Origin: a virus
Lineage: Duplodnaviria; Caudoviricetes
Length of the DNA stretch: 63,300 bases
IMG/VR virus record: IMGVR_UViG_3300010371_000039
Location: 1-63,300 of that record
Strand: one strand, 5' to 3'
The notes under the pieces are model-generated. The model saw only the letters and a list, made by a program, of their open reading frames with translations, was not told the DNA's origin and ran no database searches. Of the stretch, positions 38,471 through 47,125 are shown piece by piece. Both the position numbers and the translations under genes were made by a program. Position 1 is the first letter of the stretch. Each line of letters opens with the position of its first letter.

Positions 38471-39259
38471 TCATGACTCGCTACCTCCTGGCTCCGTGGC
38501 CTGTTCGTGCCTGAGCGACCGCCATTCCCGCTCTAGGGCCTCGCGATCCTCACGGGTCTTCTCTCGGGCCCAGTGCAGTTCCTCGGCGGCTCCGGGTCGG
38601 TGGCCCGCGACGGCGACGAAGAGCGACAGGCGCTCCTCGACCTTCGCGCGGCGACCCTCGATGTCCTCGCAGAGCGTCGAGCAGAATCGGGCCTTCGTTG
38701 GCTTGGCGCACCAAGAGAGGGTGCATGGGCGGGACAACTGCACCTGGCCGCAGAACCCAGGGGCCCTGTCCTCGGCACTGAAAACCACGACGACGGGGAT
38801 CGTCGTGTTGAGCCCAGGCGCCTTGCAGGCTTCGCCCGTCGGGAGAGGCTTCTTGCCTTTGATGTATGGCTGCGCAACGAACCGGCCGCCGCAGTCGGTA
38901 CGGCTCACGAACGCGGCGTATTGCTCTGCCTCTTCGCGAGTCCCGGTCCACTCGCACAAGTCGTTGCGACCACACGGAACTCCGGCGATATGCGCTGCGG
39001 AATCCCCACACCAATCAGTGCCGCCGCTCCGTCCGTACCAGGCGAGCCCCCACAACTCCGGCTCCGCCTTCGGCGGGCTGCCATCGGTGTAGGGCACAAC
39101 GCGAACCTTGAAATCGGACCTTTCATTGGTCGCCGACGCCAAAGACTCGGCTTGCTCGCGCGAGTCGAAGGCGAACTCTCCGTAGTTGGACGCCCACCAC
39201 CCGCAGTTGGATTGCTGGTCCTTCCACTGCGTCCACACCCCCCAACGCTGCTCGCCCAT
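38471..39259 (-). CDS. Hypothetical protein with duplicated WG-W...PY domain
   Basis: Internal repeat; GGAGG RBS. Confidence 0.55.
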   Translation of the reverse strand: MGEQRWGVWTQWKDQQSNCGWWASNYGEFAFDSREQAESLASATNERSDFKVRVVPYTDGSPPKAEPELWGLAWYGRSGGTDWCGDSAAHIAGVPCGRNDLCEWTGTREEAEQYAAFVSRTDCGGRFVAQPYIKGKKPLPTGEACKAPGLNTTIPVVVVFSAEDRAPGFCGQVQLSRPCTLSWCAKPTKARFCSTLCEDIEGRRAKVEERLSLFVAVAGHRPGAAEELHWAREKTREDREALEREWRSLRHEQATEPGGSES

Positions 39260-39449
39260 TAGATCCTCCCCGCGGCATCGTCGCGCCGCGCTCTCACAAG
39301 TCCCTTCGCCGACGTATCCGCCCAAGAGCATCCAAGGCATGTCAGGTCGGAGCCGCGCCACCAGACGTCCGTGCCGCCGCACGCTGGGCAGCAGAGGAGC
39401 CACCCGCGTGCGCGGCTCCGCGCCGCCTTCGCGATCGAGGCAACGGTGG

Positions 39450-39812
39450 TCACGAGGCGCCACCGTCACGCGGCGCGGCTACCGACGGGGCTCTTCGCCG
39501 GGCCTTCGGCCTCTTGACGGCGACCGCCTCGATCCGGCGTCGCACGTCCTCGGAAAGATCCAAGACTCCGCGAACGCCGCCGATCGCTTCCCAGTCGACT
39601 GGCAGTTCCTGGAGAGCGCAAAGCGCCGAGCGCGCACCGCGAAGGCTGCGCCTCCACGCCACGAGCATCCCGGTCGGGCGGTGCGTGACCACGTAGCCGA
39701 ACGGGCCATCCGTTCGCACGCCCCGCGTCACCACGAGCGGTGCCGCCGTGTCGGAGAACGCTTCGACTGGGACGATGCCCCAGCGCGTCGCGATCGAGAT
39801 ATGGGCGGTCAC
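39450..39812 (-). CDS. Hypothetical protein
   Basis: VTHRPTG motif; coupled ORF. Confidence 0.5.
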   Translation of the reverse strand: MTAHISIATRWGIVPVEAFSDTAAPLVVTRGVRTDGPFGYVVTHRPTGMLVAWRRSLRGARSALCALQELPVDWEAIGGVRGVLDLSEDVRRRIEAVAVKRPKARRRAPSVAAPRDGGAS

Positions 39813-40774
39813 GAGGCACCGCCGCGCGTCAGCCGCGGCGACTCACGCACGAGCCGAAGCTGTATCGGCGCGCGACGGAAATGGCCTCGCATCTCCGACT
39901 CGTATTCGCGCCAGCGAGTACACCGACGCGCGAGGACCAGCGCGATGACGAGATCCTCGCGCTTGGCGAGTTGGTATCGCTGCTCCTGGAGCCAGGCCGC
40001 ATGCAGGCTCCCGTCGCGAGGGTGCGGGTTGCGCTGCTTCAGCGCCGCGTAGACCGCGTCGCCCAGGATGATGCGCCACGTGCGACCGTAGGCGAACGAG
40101 AGGCCCTTGGGTTCGATCCCGCGGCCATCCCACTGGATCTTCCGCAGGCGCGCGAGCTCCAGCTTCAGCTCCATGTCCCAGACGCTGTCGACGCCCTGTT
40201 CGAGGCGCTCCAAGCGGAGCGACAGGCGCACCAGTTCGGCGGCCTCGGCTCCGGGAACGACCGGGACGAGCTGCCCGGACTTGAGATCCTCCAGGCGGCT
40301 TCGTTCCGCCGCTTCATCGCCACCCCTCGTCGACTGCCTTCACGAGATCCGTCCCGAGGACCTCTGCGGCGGCCGTGCGCTCCTCGGGGCTCATGTCGTG
40401 GATCGATCGTCGGACGCCTCCGAGGAGCTGCGCGCGGGCCCGCGCCTTGGTGCGCGCGCGGAGGCAGTTCGGGCAGATCAGGCCCGGCCCGTCCTGGTTG
40501 ACCCGCCACCCCGCGTCCCACGCTTTGCCCGACTCGACGTACCGCCCGCAGCTATGAGCCGGATCGGAGCCGCCGGTCGGACCGACGCAGTGGACGAGGT
40601 CCGGGGCGATCACGGGGCCACCGCCTTCCCGGAGCCGCGCGCCCAAACCTCGATGCAGCGATGGACGGCGGCGCGCAGCTGGTCCCTCGCGTGGGCCATC
40701 TGCCGGTCTGCGCGACGACGACGCGCGAGGCGACGACGGCGGCGGTTCACGCTGCCTCCCGGGCGGCGCGCCTC

Positions 40775-41002
40775 TCGTACCCTTTCTCGTACCCACCACG
40801 CCTAAAAGGCGGAGCAAGGCCCGTCAAAAACCGACAACTGAACGAGAACTGAACACCCTGGGATTTGCGGCCTTTGCGCTTACGCTTGCCCCTTGCCAAG
40901 GTGGACGTCGAGGGTTCAAATCCCTTCTCCCGCTCTGAAATTCGGCTCGGACGTGCGACGTGCCGGATGCTGCGAACGCGCCTCGTACCCATTTTCGTAC
41001 CC
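40775..41002. repeat. Integrase arm-type sites: paired TCGTACCC direct repeats
   Basis: TCGTACCC at 40775, 40787, 40983, 40995 (12-bp pairs on both sides of the core). Confidence 0.75.
40891..40935 (+). other. attP: attP core = 3' half of tRNA-Gly(GCC)
   Basis: CC-TTGCCAA-GGTGG anticodon arm, GAGGG-TTCAAAT-CCCTT T-arm, CTCCCGC-T acceptor strand; 5' half absent; adjacent to integrase stop. Confidence 0.88.
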
Positions 41003-41003
41003 A

Positions 41004-42311
41004 TCATCCGACCCTCCTGGCCGTAACCATGTCGATGACCGTGGCGATGGCTTCCCGCTGCTCCTGCGCCTGTGCCGTCGAGTAGTGACGTCGCATCTTC
41101 TCGGTGACGTGACCCGTGATCGACATCGTCACGGTGTCTGCGATCTTCGCGTCGCGCTGAAGGTCGTTGCACGTGCGGCGCATCGCCCGCGGCGTGACCG
41201 GGTGCTTCAGCCCGATGGCGCGCGAGACGGCCGCGAACGGCTTGTCGAGGCACGACGGCGACCGGGGGCCCCCATCGCGACCCGGGAAGAGCAAGTCGCT
41301 CTTCATCATCTCCTCGCGCCACCAGAGCGGCGGCTTGCCCCAGCGACCGATGGGCGGCGCGTCCAGCAACGCGATGTGCTCGCGGAGAACCTGGAGCACC
41401 GACTCCGGGACGTGCACCCGCTCGTGACGGCCGGTCTTCGTGCCCACCATGAACTCGTCGCCGCGCGTGTTGCTCCGACGGAAGCTCAGGTACCCGTCTG
41501 CCCAGTCGATGTCGCACTCCTCGCCGCGCCGTCGCAAGGGACGCAGCGTCGATGGACGCTTGCCGGTCACGAAGCCGATGAGCGTCATCGCGTAGTGCTG
41601 CGGGAACTGGCGCCGCATCTCGGCGAGGAACGCGCTCGCCTGGAGCGTCGTCAGGCTGTTGGGCGCCTCGTCGGTGTACGTGGGGTGCTGCGACACGTCG
41701 ATCGGCTCAAGCGCCGCGGTGGGGTCCTCGATGCGCAGAAGCTTCGCCATCTCGGCGCCAAGCGTCCGCACGATGCGGATCCACGTGTTCGCGGTCTCCG
41801 GCCGTAGCATCACGTGGCGGACGTCCACCTTGCCGTTGCGCAGGGTGCGGCGCGATTCGTAACCCTCCTGAATCATGGTCGCGAGCTTCGTGCGCCACTG
41901 CTCGAAGTCCCACGGCGTGAGGTCCTCACAGGCGATCGCCCCGAACTCCGGGATGATGTGGACGCGCAGACTGCTCTCCCACTTCTCGCGCCCCTTGGCG
42001 CTGCGGATGTCACGCGCCGCGACCTTTGCCTGGAAACGCGACGCTGCGAATGAGCTGAAGAGCTGTCTCTGTGGCCGCCTTCCCGTCACCTCCGCGAGCT
42101 TTTCGGCCTTGAGCTGGTCGAGCGATCGCTGGGCCTCTTCGATCGTCACGTCGCGCAGGGCCTTGATCACGGCGGCCCGCTTGCCCGTCTTCGGGTTGGT
42201 CACCCGACCCCTCACCAGGAACCCGCCGCCCTGCAGGCGGTAGATCCCCGGCCGGCTCGGCTTCCGCGCCACCATGTACCCGAACCTCGTCACCCATTCT
42301 GCCGGTGCCAT
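41004..42311 (-). CDS. int: Tyrosine integrase
   Basis: TGKRPSTL (R), TKT (K), RAMRRT, TGH, HY catalytic motifs. Confidence 0.92.
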   Translation of the reverse strand: MAPAEWVTRFGYMVARKPSRPGIYRLQGGGFLVRGRVTNPKTGKRAAVIKALRDVTIEEAQRSLDQLKAEKLAEVTGRRPQRQLFSSFAASRFQAKVAARDIRSAKGREKWESSLRVHIIPEFGAIACEDLTPWDFEQWRTKLATMIQEGYESRRTLRNGKVDVRHVMLRPETANTWIRIVRTLGAEMAKLLRIEDPTAALEPIDVSQHPTYTDEAPNSLTTLQASAFLAEMRRQFPQHYAMTLIGFVTGKRPSTLRPLRRRGEECDIDWADGYLSFRRSNTRGDEFMVGTKTGRHERVHVPESVLQVLREHIALLDAPPIGRWGKPPLWWREEMMKSDLLFPGRDGGPRSPSCLDKPFAAVSRAIGLKHPVTPRAMRRTCNDLQRDAKIADTVTMSITGHVTEKMRRHYSTAQAQEQREAIATVIDMVTARRVG

Positions 42312-42513
42312 CGACCACTTCTCCTTGAAGGAACCTGTCGAGGTCCTCTCTCAGCCATATCTTTGTCCCGCCGCGCCCACCGCGTCGACCCACGGGGAAG
42401 ACCTTGCCTGCCCGATGCGCGGCGTGCAGGCCGAAGACCGTCTTGAAGCGGCAGTACTCCGCCGCCTCCACGGTGGTCAGGTAGACCGAGGGCGTCACGT
42501 CGGAGGCCCACAT
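42010..42513 (-). CDS. Excisionase-like HTH protein overlapping int
   Basis: YLTTVEAAEYCRF...WLREDLDRFL; directly upstream of int. Confidence 0.7.
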   Translation of the reverse strand: MWASDVTPSVYLTTVEAAEYCRFKTVFGLHAAHRAGKVFPVGRRGGRGGTKIWLREDLDRFLQGEVVDGTGRMGDEVRVHGGAEAEPAGDLPPAGRRVPGEGSGDQPEDGQAGRRDQGPARRDDRRGPAIARPAQGRKARGGDGKAATETALQLIRSVAFPGKGRGA

Positions 42514-42851
42514 CACGCCCGCACCTCCGTGACCACGAGCCGACGCCCCGACCTCACCCCCGCGTCGGTCCCCTCCCACCGCAGCACGACGTCGGCGGAG
42601 CCGGCGACCTCGCGCCACGCAAGGTCCGTCGTGTGGAACACGGTCTGCGCGTAGGCGCGTGCGTCGAAGAACGTGTCGGCTTCCACGCGCAGTGGCTCGA
42701 CGCGATCGCGCATGTCCACCCAGCAGTAGGCGCAGTACGTGCCGTCCGTCGTTGCCGGGATCGTGCGCGGGATGGCGAGCATGCGCCCGTGCACCCCGCG
42801 CTGGCCGGTCGGCGAGACGCAGGCCTTCGCGCGCGTGAACTCCCAGATCAT
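42513..42851 (-). CDS. Hypothetical protein
   Basis: GGAGG RBS, coupled. Confidence 0.5.
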   Translation of the reverse strand: MIWEFTRAKACVSPTGQRGVHGRMLAIPRTIPATTDGTYCAYCWVDMRDRVEPLRVEADTFFDARAYAQTVFHTTDLAWREVAGSADVVLRWEGTDAGVRSGRRLVVTEVRA

Positions 42852-43213
42852 GCGTACCGACCCTCCACGGAAATCGCGACCTGGTACGCGAGGACACGGA
42901 CGTAGAAGTTGGTCCGCGCATCGGCGAGCAGCGCGACCGCCGCCGCGCCGATGAACGTGAGTACGATGTCCTCCACGAGATTCATCTCCTATCGATTCGC
43001 GCGCACTCACGCCGCTTCCGTATCGTCAAGCAACTGCGGAGTCTGTCGTGGCTCCCAGCAGAAGTCGCACGCCTGGGGCATGTTGTCGTGCGCCCCGAGA
43101 CACCACCCGCGTAGACGACCGCAGACCCCGCACTTGTACCGATGCACCAGTCTGCACTCGCAGTCCGGCGCGGAACCTCTTGGCCATCGTCCTCTCCTTG
43201 GTCGCGCGCACGT

Positions 43214-43507
43214 CTATTTGCGGGTGAACTCATACGGAACCAGACCGGCCTCCCGCAGTCGCTTGGCGTACTCCTCAGCCACGTTCCGCCACCCGGTCGG
43301 GCTGAGGCTCGTGTCGTCTTCGAGCACGACGCCGCGCATCTGCTCGTCCACGTAGGCAGACACAAGGCGGAGAGCTTCTTGTACCTTCAGCCCGGCGTTG
43401 GTGAGCCGCGTGTCGTCGGGCATGGCCTCGATGGCGGCGTGGGCCGCACGAAGGGCCACCTCCGGCGGTGTTGCAAGGTCGAGTCGGCAGCTGCGAGGCA
43501 TCGTCAT
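43214..43507 (-). CDS. Hypothetical protein
   Basis: AAGGA RBS. Confidence 0.5.
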   Translation of the reverse strand: MTMPRSCRLDLATPPEVALRAAHAAIEAMPDDTRLTNAGLKVQEALRLVSAYVDEQMRGVVLEDDTSLSPTGWRNVAEEYAKRLREAGLVPYEFTRK

Positions 43508-43562
43508 GGTCGCCCTGTCCTTTCGTTCGTCTCGATCCTGAAAGCGCGCACTTGGCGCAGCG

Positions 43563-43838
43563 TCAGGCGTCCCGAAAGGCCGCGCGAATCGCCGAGCGTT
43601 TCGCAGAATTGCGCCTCGCGGCCATGCCGCCACGCCGGCCGATCTCCGCCATATGCGCGCGGTCGCTGCTGACCACCGAGCCGCCCTTGCTCCCCGCGAT
43701 GCGCGCCTCCTCCGGGGTGAACTTGTGCGCGCGCCCCTTCGCGTGCGCCGCCTTGCCGCCCTTGCTCGCGATCGCCTTGCGCTTCTCCGCGTCCATCGAC
43801 GCGAACCCGCGCCTGGACTTCTTCTTCTCGGTGGTCAT
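43563..43838 (-). CDS. KGG-repeat general stress protein (YciG/GsiB-like)
   Basis: RGFASMDAEKRKAIASKGG...AGSKGG...MAEIGRRGG. Confidence 0.9.
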   Translation of the reverse strand: MTTEKKKSRRGFASMDAEKRKAIASKGGKAAHAKGRAHKFTPEEARIAGSKGGSVVSSDRAHMAEIGRRGGMAARRNSAKRSAIRAAFRDA

Positions 43839-44068
43839 GCTGTTTCTCCTGTGCTGTCTTCGAAGTCGTCGCCGTCGACCCAGTGCCACTCGAGCAGCAC
43901 CGTCTCGCCCTTGGACGCCTGCTGCTCGTCGAGGAGTTTCAAGGCTTGCGCGACCGTCGGCGGCTTCTCGAAGCCCACGAGGACCGGGATGCTGCCAGTG
44001 CGACGGATCGCCACGACCGTGCACCCGGCCTTTCGCGCGATGGCTGCGAGATGGGGATGTAGGTTCAT
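43835..44068 (-). CDS. Hypothetical protein
   Basis: GGAGG RBS, coupled. Confidence 0.5.
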   Translation of the reverse strand: MNLHPHLAAIARKAGCTVVAIRRTGSIPVLVGFEKPPTVAQALKLLDEQQASKGETVLLEWHWVDGDDFEDSTGETA

Positions 44069-44640
44069 GCGGCCTCCGGCTCCGGCGCCGCCGGGCGTCC
44101 CGGCAACTCTTTGCCCCATTGGGTCCAGCCGGCGCGCGCCGTGCGCGCGAAGATCTCCGCGTAGGGCCCCTCGAAGAGGGCCTCCACGAGATCGTAGAAC
44201 GCCTCGGGCTTCTCCGAGTGACGACCAGCCGGCGCCTCGAAGGTGCTTCGCATGGAGCGCGTCTTGACCAGACCGCCGGCAGCGCCACGCGTCGCGATGA
44301 TGCACGTCTCGTGTTCGGCGCGAACGTAGTGGCCCATGCCGAAGTGGCGCCGTCCGCGCTTGGTCTTCTTGATCCAGACGATCTCCGACTTCGCTGTGAA
44401 GCCCCAGCAGCGGCAGACCGCGAGCGCCTCCTCCTGCATCGAGGACACGCGCCAGAGCAGGAGCACCGAGTCGCTCGCCATGGGCGGCAACGGAAAGCGG
44501 CAGATCCGCTCGACCGCCATCGTCGCGTAGTGGCCCTTGGCGCCGCGCGGGCCTTTGCCGAGGCCCTTCGGGTAACCAGGCAGGCCGTCCTTGTGGGACC
44601 ACGGCGGATCCGCCACGAGCACGCGGAAGGCCTCATCCAT
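44065..44640 (-). CDS. MT-A70 family adenine methyltransferase
   Basis: ADPPW, HYATM, LLLW, WGF, WIK, HSEKP, EIFAR...GWTQWG. Confidence 0.92.
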   Translation of the reverse strand: MDEAFRVLVADPPWSHKDGLPGYPKGLGKGPRGAKGHYATMAVERICRFPLPPMASDSVLLLWRVSSMQEEALAVCRCWGFTAKSEIVWIKKTKRGRRHFGMGHYVRAEHETCIIATRGAAGGLVKTRSMRSTFEAPAGRHSEKPEAFYDLVEALFEGPYAEIFARTARAGWTQWGKELPGRPAAPEPEAA

Positions 44641-44917
44641 CGTCGTCCTCCGCCGTCGGCCAGTCGGTGCCGCCGAGCCACTGGAAAAGCGCCTCGGGCC
44701 CGTCGTCGCCGCGCGGCGGCTCCGCGAAGAGCCACGGCGCGATCTCCTCGAGCCACGCCCCCAGAATGCGACCAGATTCCCAATCGTTCACGGCGCACCT
44801 CCGAACCGCAGTTCCACGAAGGCGCCGGCAAGCAGCACGACCAGCATCGCCGCGAGAATCACGAGTTCCCACGCAGGCGACGGCGGAGACGACTCGTGTT
44901 CACTGACAAGTGACTCG

Positions 44918-45208
44918 TCATCCACGATTGGCCTCCGACTTCTGCTCCCCGAGCCACGCGAGAACCTCGCTCCGACGGAAGCGCCACCGGCCACCCTTCG
45001 GCCCCACGGGGTGCGCCGGGAGCCCGCGCTCCACCAGCGCCTGGATCGTGTGCCGGTCGACCTGCAGCAGCTCCGCGACCCCGTCGTAGTCGAGGACCTC
45101 CGGCTCCGCGCTCGGCACCACGCGCTCATCGCGAAGCGCGTCGCGAACCTCCGAGCGCACGAGCGCCGAGAGCTGCTCGAGGGTAAGGGTGATGGTGGCC
45201 GTGTTCAC
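44918..45208 (-). CDS. Excisionase-family (HTH_17) DNA-binding protein
   Basis: VAELLQVDRHTI...GLPA...WRFRRSEVLAWL. Confidence 0.8.
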   Translation of the reverse strand: MNTATITLTLEQLSALVRSEVRDALRDERVVPSAEPEVLDYDGVAELLQVDRHTIQALVERGLPAHPVGPKGGRWRFRRSEVLAWLGEQKSEANRG

Positions 45209-46125
45209 TGCGAGCCTCCGGCAGCGGCAGCCCGGCGCGTCGCGTGGCGCTTGAGCGCCGTGCGGGCCGCGCGTTCGTGCGCCTGGCGCAGCTGTTCCTC
45301 GGTCGGCTCCGCAGTGGAGCCCACGCACCGATAGAGACCACGCACGCCTGCCAGCTCGATGAGCCCCGCGTTTTTCAGCCGCCGCACGACCTCGTCCGCC
45401 TCGTGTCGCGTGCGGAATCCGGGGCACGACGCCTGGATCTCCGTGGCGCACGTGACGCCCACCTCGCGGATGAACGCGTACGCGGCCAGCCGCAGTGGAC
45501 TCGTGATGGGTCGGTGGCCACGCCACGCGCTCGTACCCGGGTCGACGGGCGGCGCGACCTGATTGAGTCGCGCGTCCAGGACCTTGCTGTCGCCGTATTC
45601 GAGGTCCTCGCCGCGCTCGACGGGCTTCGTGTATCGCTCCGGGCCATCGATGTAGTCGCGGCGCATGGCCTGCACTTCGGGCTTGCCCGCCAGGCGCCGG
45701 AACTCGCGCAGTTCGATCTGGCGGACCCTCTCGCGCGAGACTCCCACCTCGGTTCCGACGCTATCCAACGTCCGCCCGCGCTCGCGAATTGCCACGTCCA
45801 CGGCGCACGTATCCGGCATGGCGTCGAGCTGCTCGACGAGGATCGACCGCTCCCCCTCCTCCAAGAGCAGGAGCGCGCGAAGCGCAGGGTCGATTTGCGC
45901 CTCGTAGTGCTCGGCCCATCTCTCTTCGCGCTCGAGCCCCGCAACATCCCCGTCGTGCGCATCCATCCAGAGGTGCTTGCGACACGTGATGAATGGGCAC
46001 GGCCCTGGATCGCCGACGGCTCGGGGACAAACGCGGTCCGGATCGACCACGCGCAGCGCCGCGCGTCCACGACGGGCCACATCGATCGACACCACGTTGT
46101 CGTGCTTTTCGGCGTTGTGTCCCAT
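45205..46125 (-). CDS. Sigma70 region-4 HTH protein with Cys/His Zn module
   Basis: PCPFITCRKHL...TCAVDVA...TLDSVGTEVGVSRERVRQIE. Confidence 0.8.
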   Translation of the reverse strand: MGHNAEKHDNVVSIDVARRGRAALRVVDPDRVCPRAVGDPGPCPFITCRKHLWMDAHDGDVAGLEREERWAEHYEAQIDPALRALLLLEEGERSILVEQLDAMPDTCAVDVAIRERGRTLDSVGTEVGVSRERVRQIELREFRRLAGKPEVQAMRRDYIDGPERYTKPVERGEDLEYGDSKVLDARLNQVAPPVDPGTSAWRGHRPITSPLRLAAYAFIREVGVTCATEIQASCPGFRTRHEADEVVRRLKNAGLIELAGVRGLYRCVGSTAEPTEEQLRQAHERAARTALKRHATRRAAAAGGSQ

Positions 46126-46210
46126 GTCGTCACGCGTTCAGGATTCTGATTTTTCCCCAACCTTCGTAGCGCGCAGCGAGAAACGGACTCACGGTTGCGG
46201 TGTGGACGAG

Positions 46211-46495
46211 CTACTCGGCTACCGTGGTTGGTCCGTCGCCGCTTGGGCGTACGGTGGCCGCCGCATCGAGCATGCGGCGCTCTCGGCGCTTGAGACGCCA
46301 CCCGCTAGCGGGCACCGCCCCGCGACTCCACCGCTCAATGGCCTCCCTCAGAGGAGGCGACGGAACGGATCGGCCCTTCTCCCACGCCAACAGGGCCGCA
46401 TGCGTGACCATGAGCTCCGCCGCATCCGCCCTCGCACTGCATCCACGACGCCGTCGGTACTCCCTGAGCGCCACCCTCGAGTCGATGACTGGCAT
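46211..46495 (-). CDS. Cro-like HTH protein
   Basis: LREYRRRRG...AAELMVTHAALLAWEKGRSVP; first gene of the leftward arm. Confidence 0.75.
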   Translation of the reverse strand: MPVIDSRVALREYRRRRGCSARADAAELMVTHAALLAWEKGRSVPSPPLREAIERWSRGAVPASGWRLKRRERRMLDAAATVRPSGDGPTTVAE

Positions 46496-46498
46496 GAG

Positions 46499-46572
46499 CG
46501 ACGGTAGTGGTAACACCCGCACCCGACGCCCGCAACAGGAAAGTCGCGAGACGTCAGGTAACCGCTGTTACC
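46499..46572. promoter_or_regulatory. Leftward promoter/operator region
   Basis: Minus strand TTGCGG-N17-TACCAC; GGTAAC half-sites and palindrome GGTAACCGCTGTTACC (46557-46572). Confidence 0.6.
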
Positions 46573-46592
46573 GCGCTGCTAGGCTGCCATGC

Positions 46593-47045
46593 ATGGACGG
46601 CGACAGACGGGGGTCGAGACCGAGGGACGACATCCTCCTCTGCCTCTACCTAGGGAACAGGTTTGAGACGGCGAACAAGGCTGACCACGTTTCCTATGAG
46701 GATCTGGCCAAGGAAGCGAAGACGACCAAGCAGAACGTCATGAAGTTGGCCAAGGGTCGCACCGTGGGAGCCGCCGTGCTGTTTGCGTTGGCGGCCTCGC
46801 TCTACGGCGGCTCGATGGACGCAATGATCGCTGCGTCTCGATGGTGGTGGGAGAACCTGGACCAGGAGACGTTGGACAGTTTCCTGCGTCGAGCGCGCGT
46901 CATCGCAGACAACAACCCGCTCACGGGCGAGCGCCCAAAGGGTCCCCCAAAAGCAGATGCCCCGGCGCAGCGTGAGCCGCCCGAGGCGGAGACGCCTGTC
47001 CCCGGATCCGTGATCCGCGAGAGCCGGCGACCGCCTGCCGCGTAG
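46593..47045 (+). CDS. CI-like repressor (XRE HTH)
   Basis: SYEDLAKEAKTTKQNVMKLAKG; divergent from cro-like gene; own terminator. Confidence 0.65.
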   Translation: MDGDRRGSRPRDDILLCLYLGNRFETANKADHVSYEDLAKEAKTTKQNVMKLAKGRTVGAAVLFALAASLYGGSMDAMIAASRWWWENLDQETLDSFLRRARVIADNNPLTGERPKGPPKADAPAQREPPEAETPVPGSVIRESRRPPAA

Positions 47046-47057
47046 GGGCACTTCCGG

Positions 47058-47090
47058 ACGACGCCACGGGGTGGGTGGCGTCGTTTTTTT
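47058..47090 (+). terminator. Rho-independent terminator
   Basis: ACGACGCCAC/GTGGCGTCGT stem + T-run. Confidence 0.85.
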
Positions 47091-47091
47091 G

Positions 47092-47124
47092 TTGCGCTGT
47101 TGGTGGCGGGTGTTACCGTTACCA
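47092..47124 (+). promoter_or_regulatory. Rightward promoter/operator
   Basis: TTGCG...GCGGGTGTTACC, mirror of the leftward element. Confidence 0.6.
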
Positions 47125-47125
47125 C

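Noticed and set aside
40860-40940. Complete tRNA-Gly gene
   Set aside because: No 5' acceptor strand or D-arm, anticodon stem only partly paired, no CCA; it is an att core
20-46149. Many long plus-strand ORFs over the left arm (e.g. 7237-8898, 14107-15867) and minus-strand ORFs over the right arm
   Set aside because: Antisense shadows of real genes in high-GC DNA; Arg/Ala/Pro-rich with no motifs
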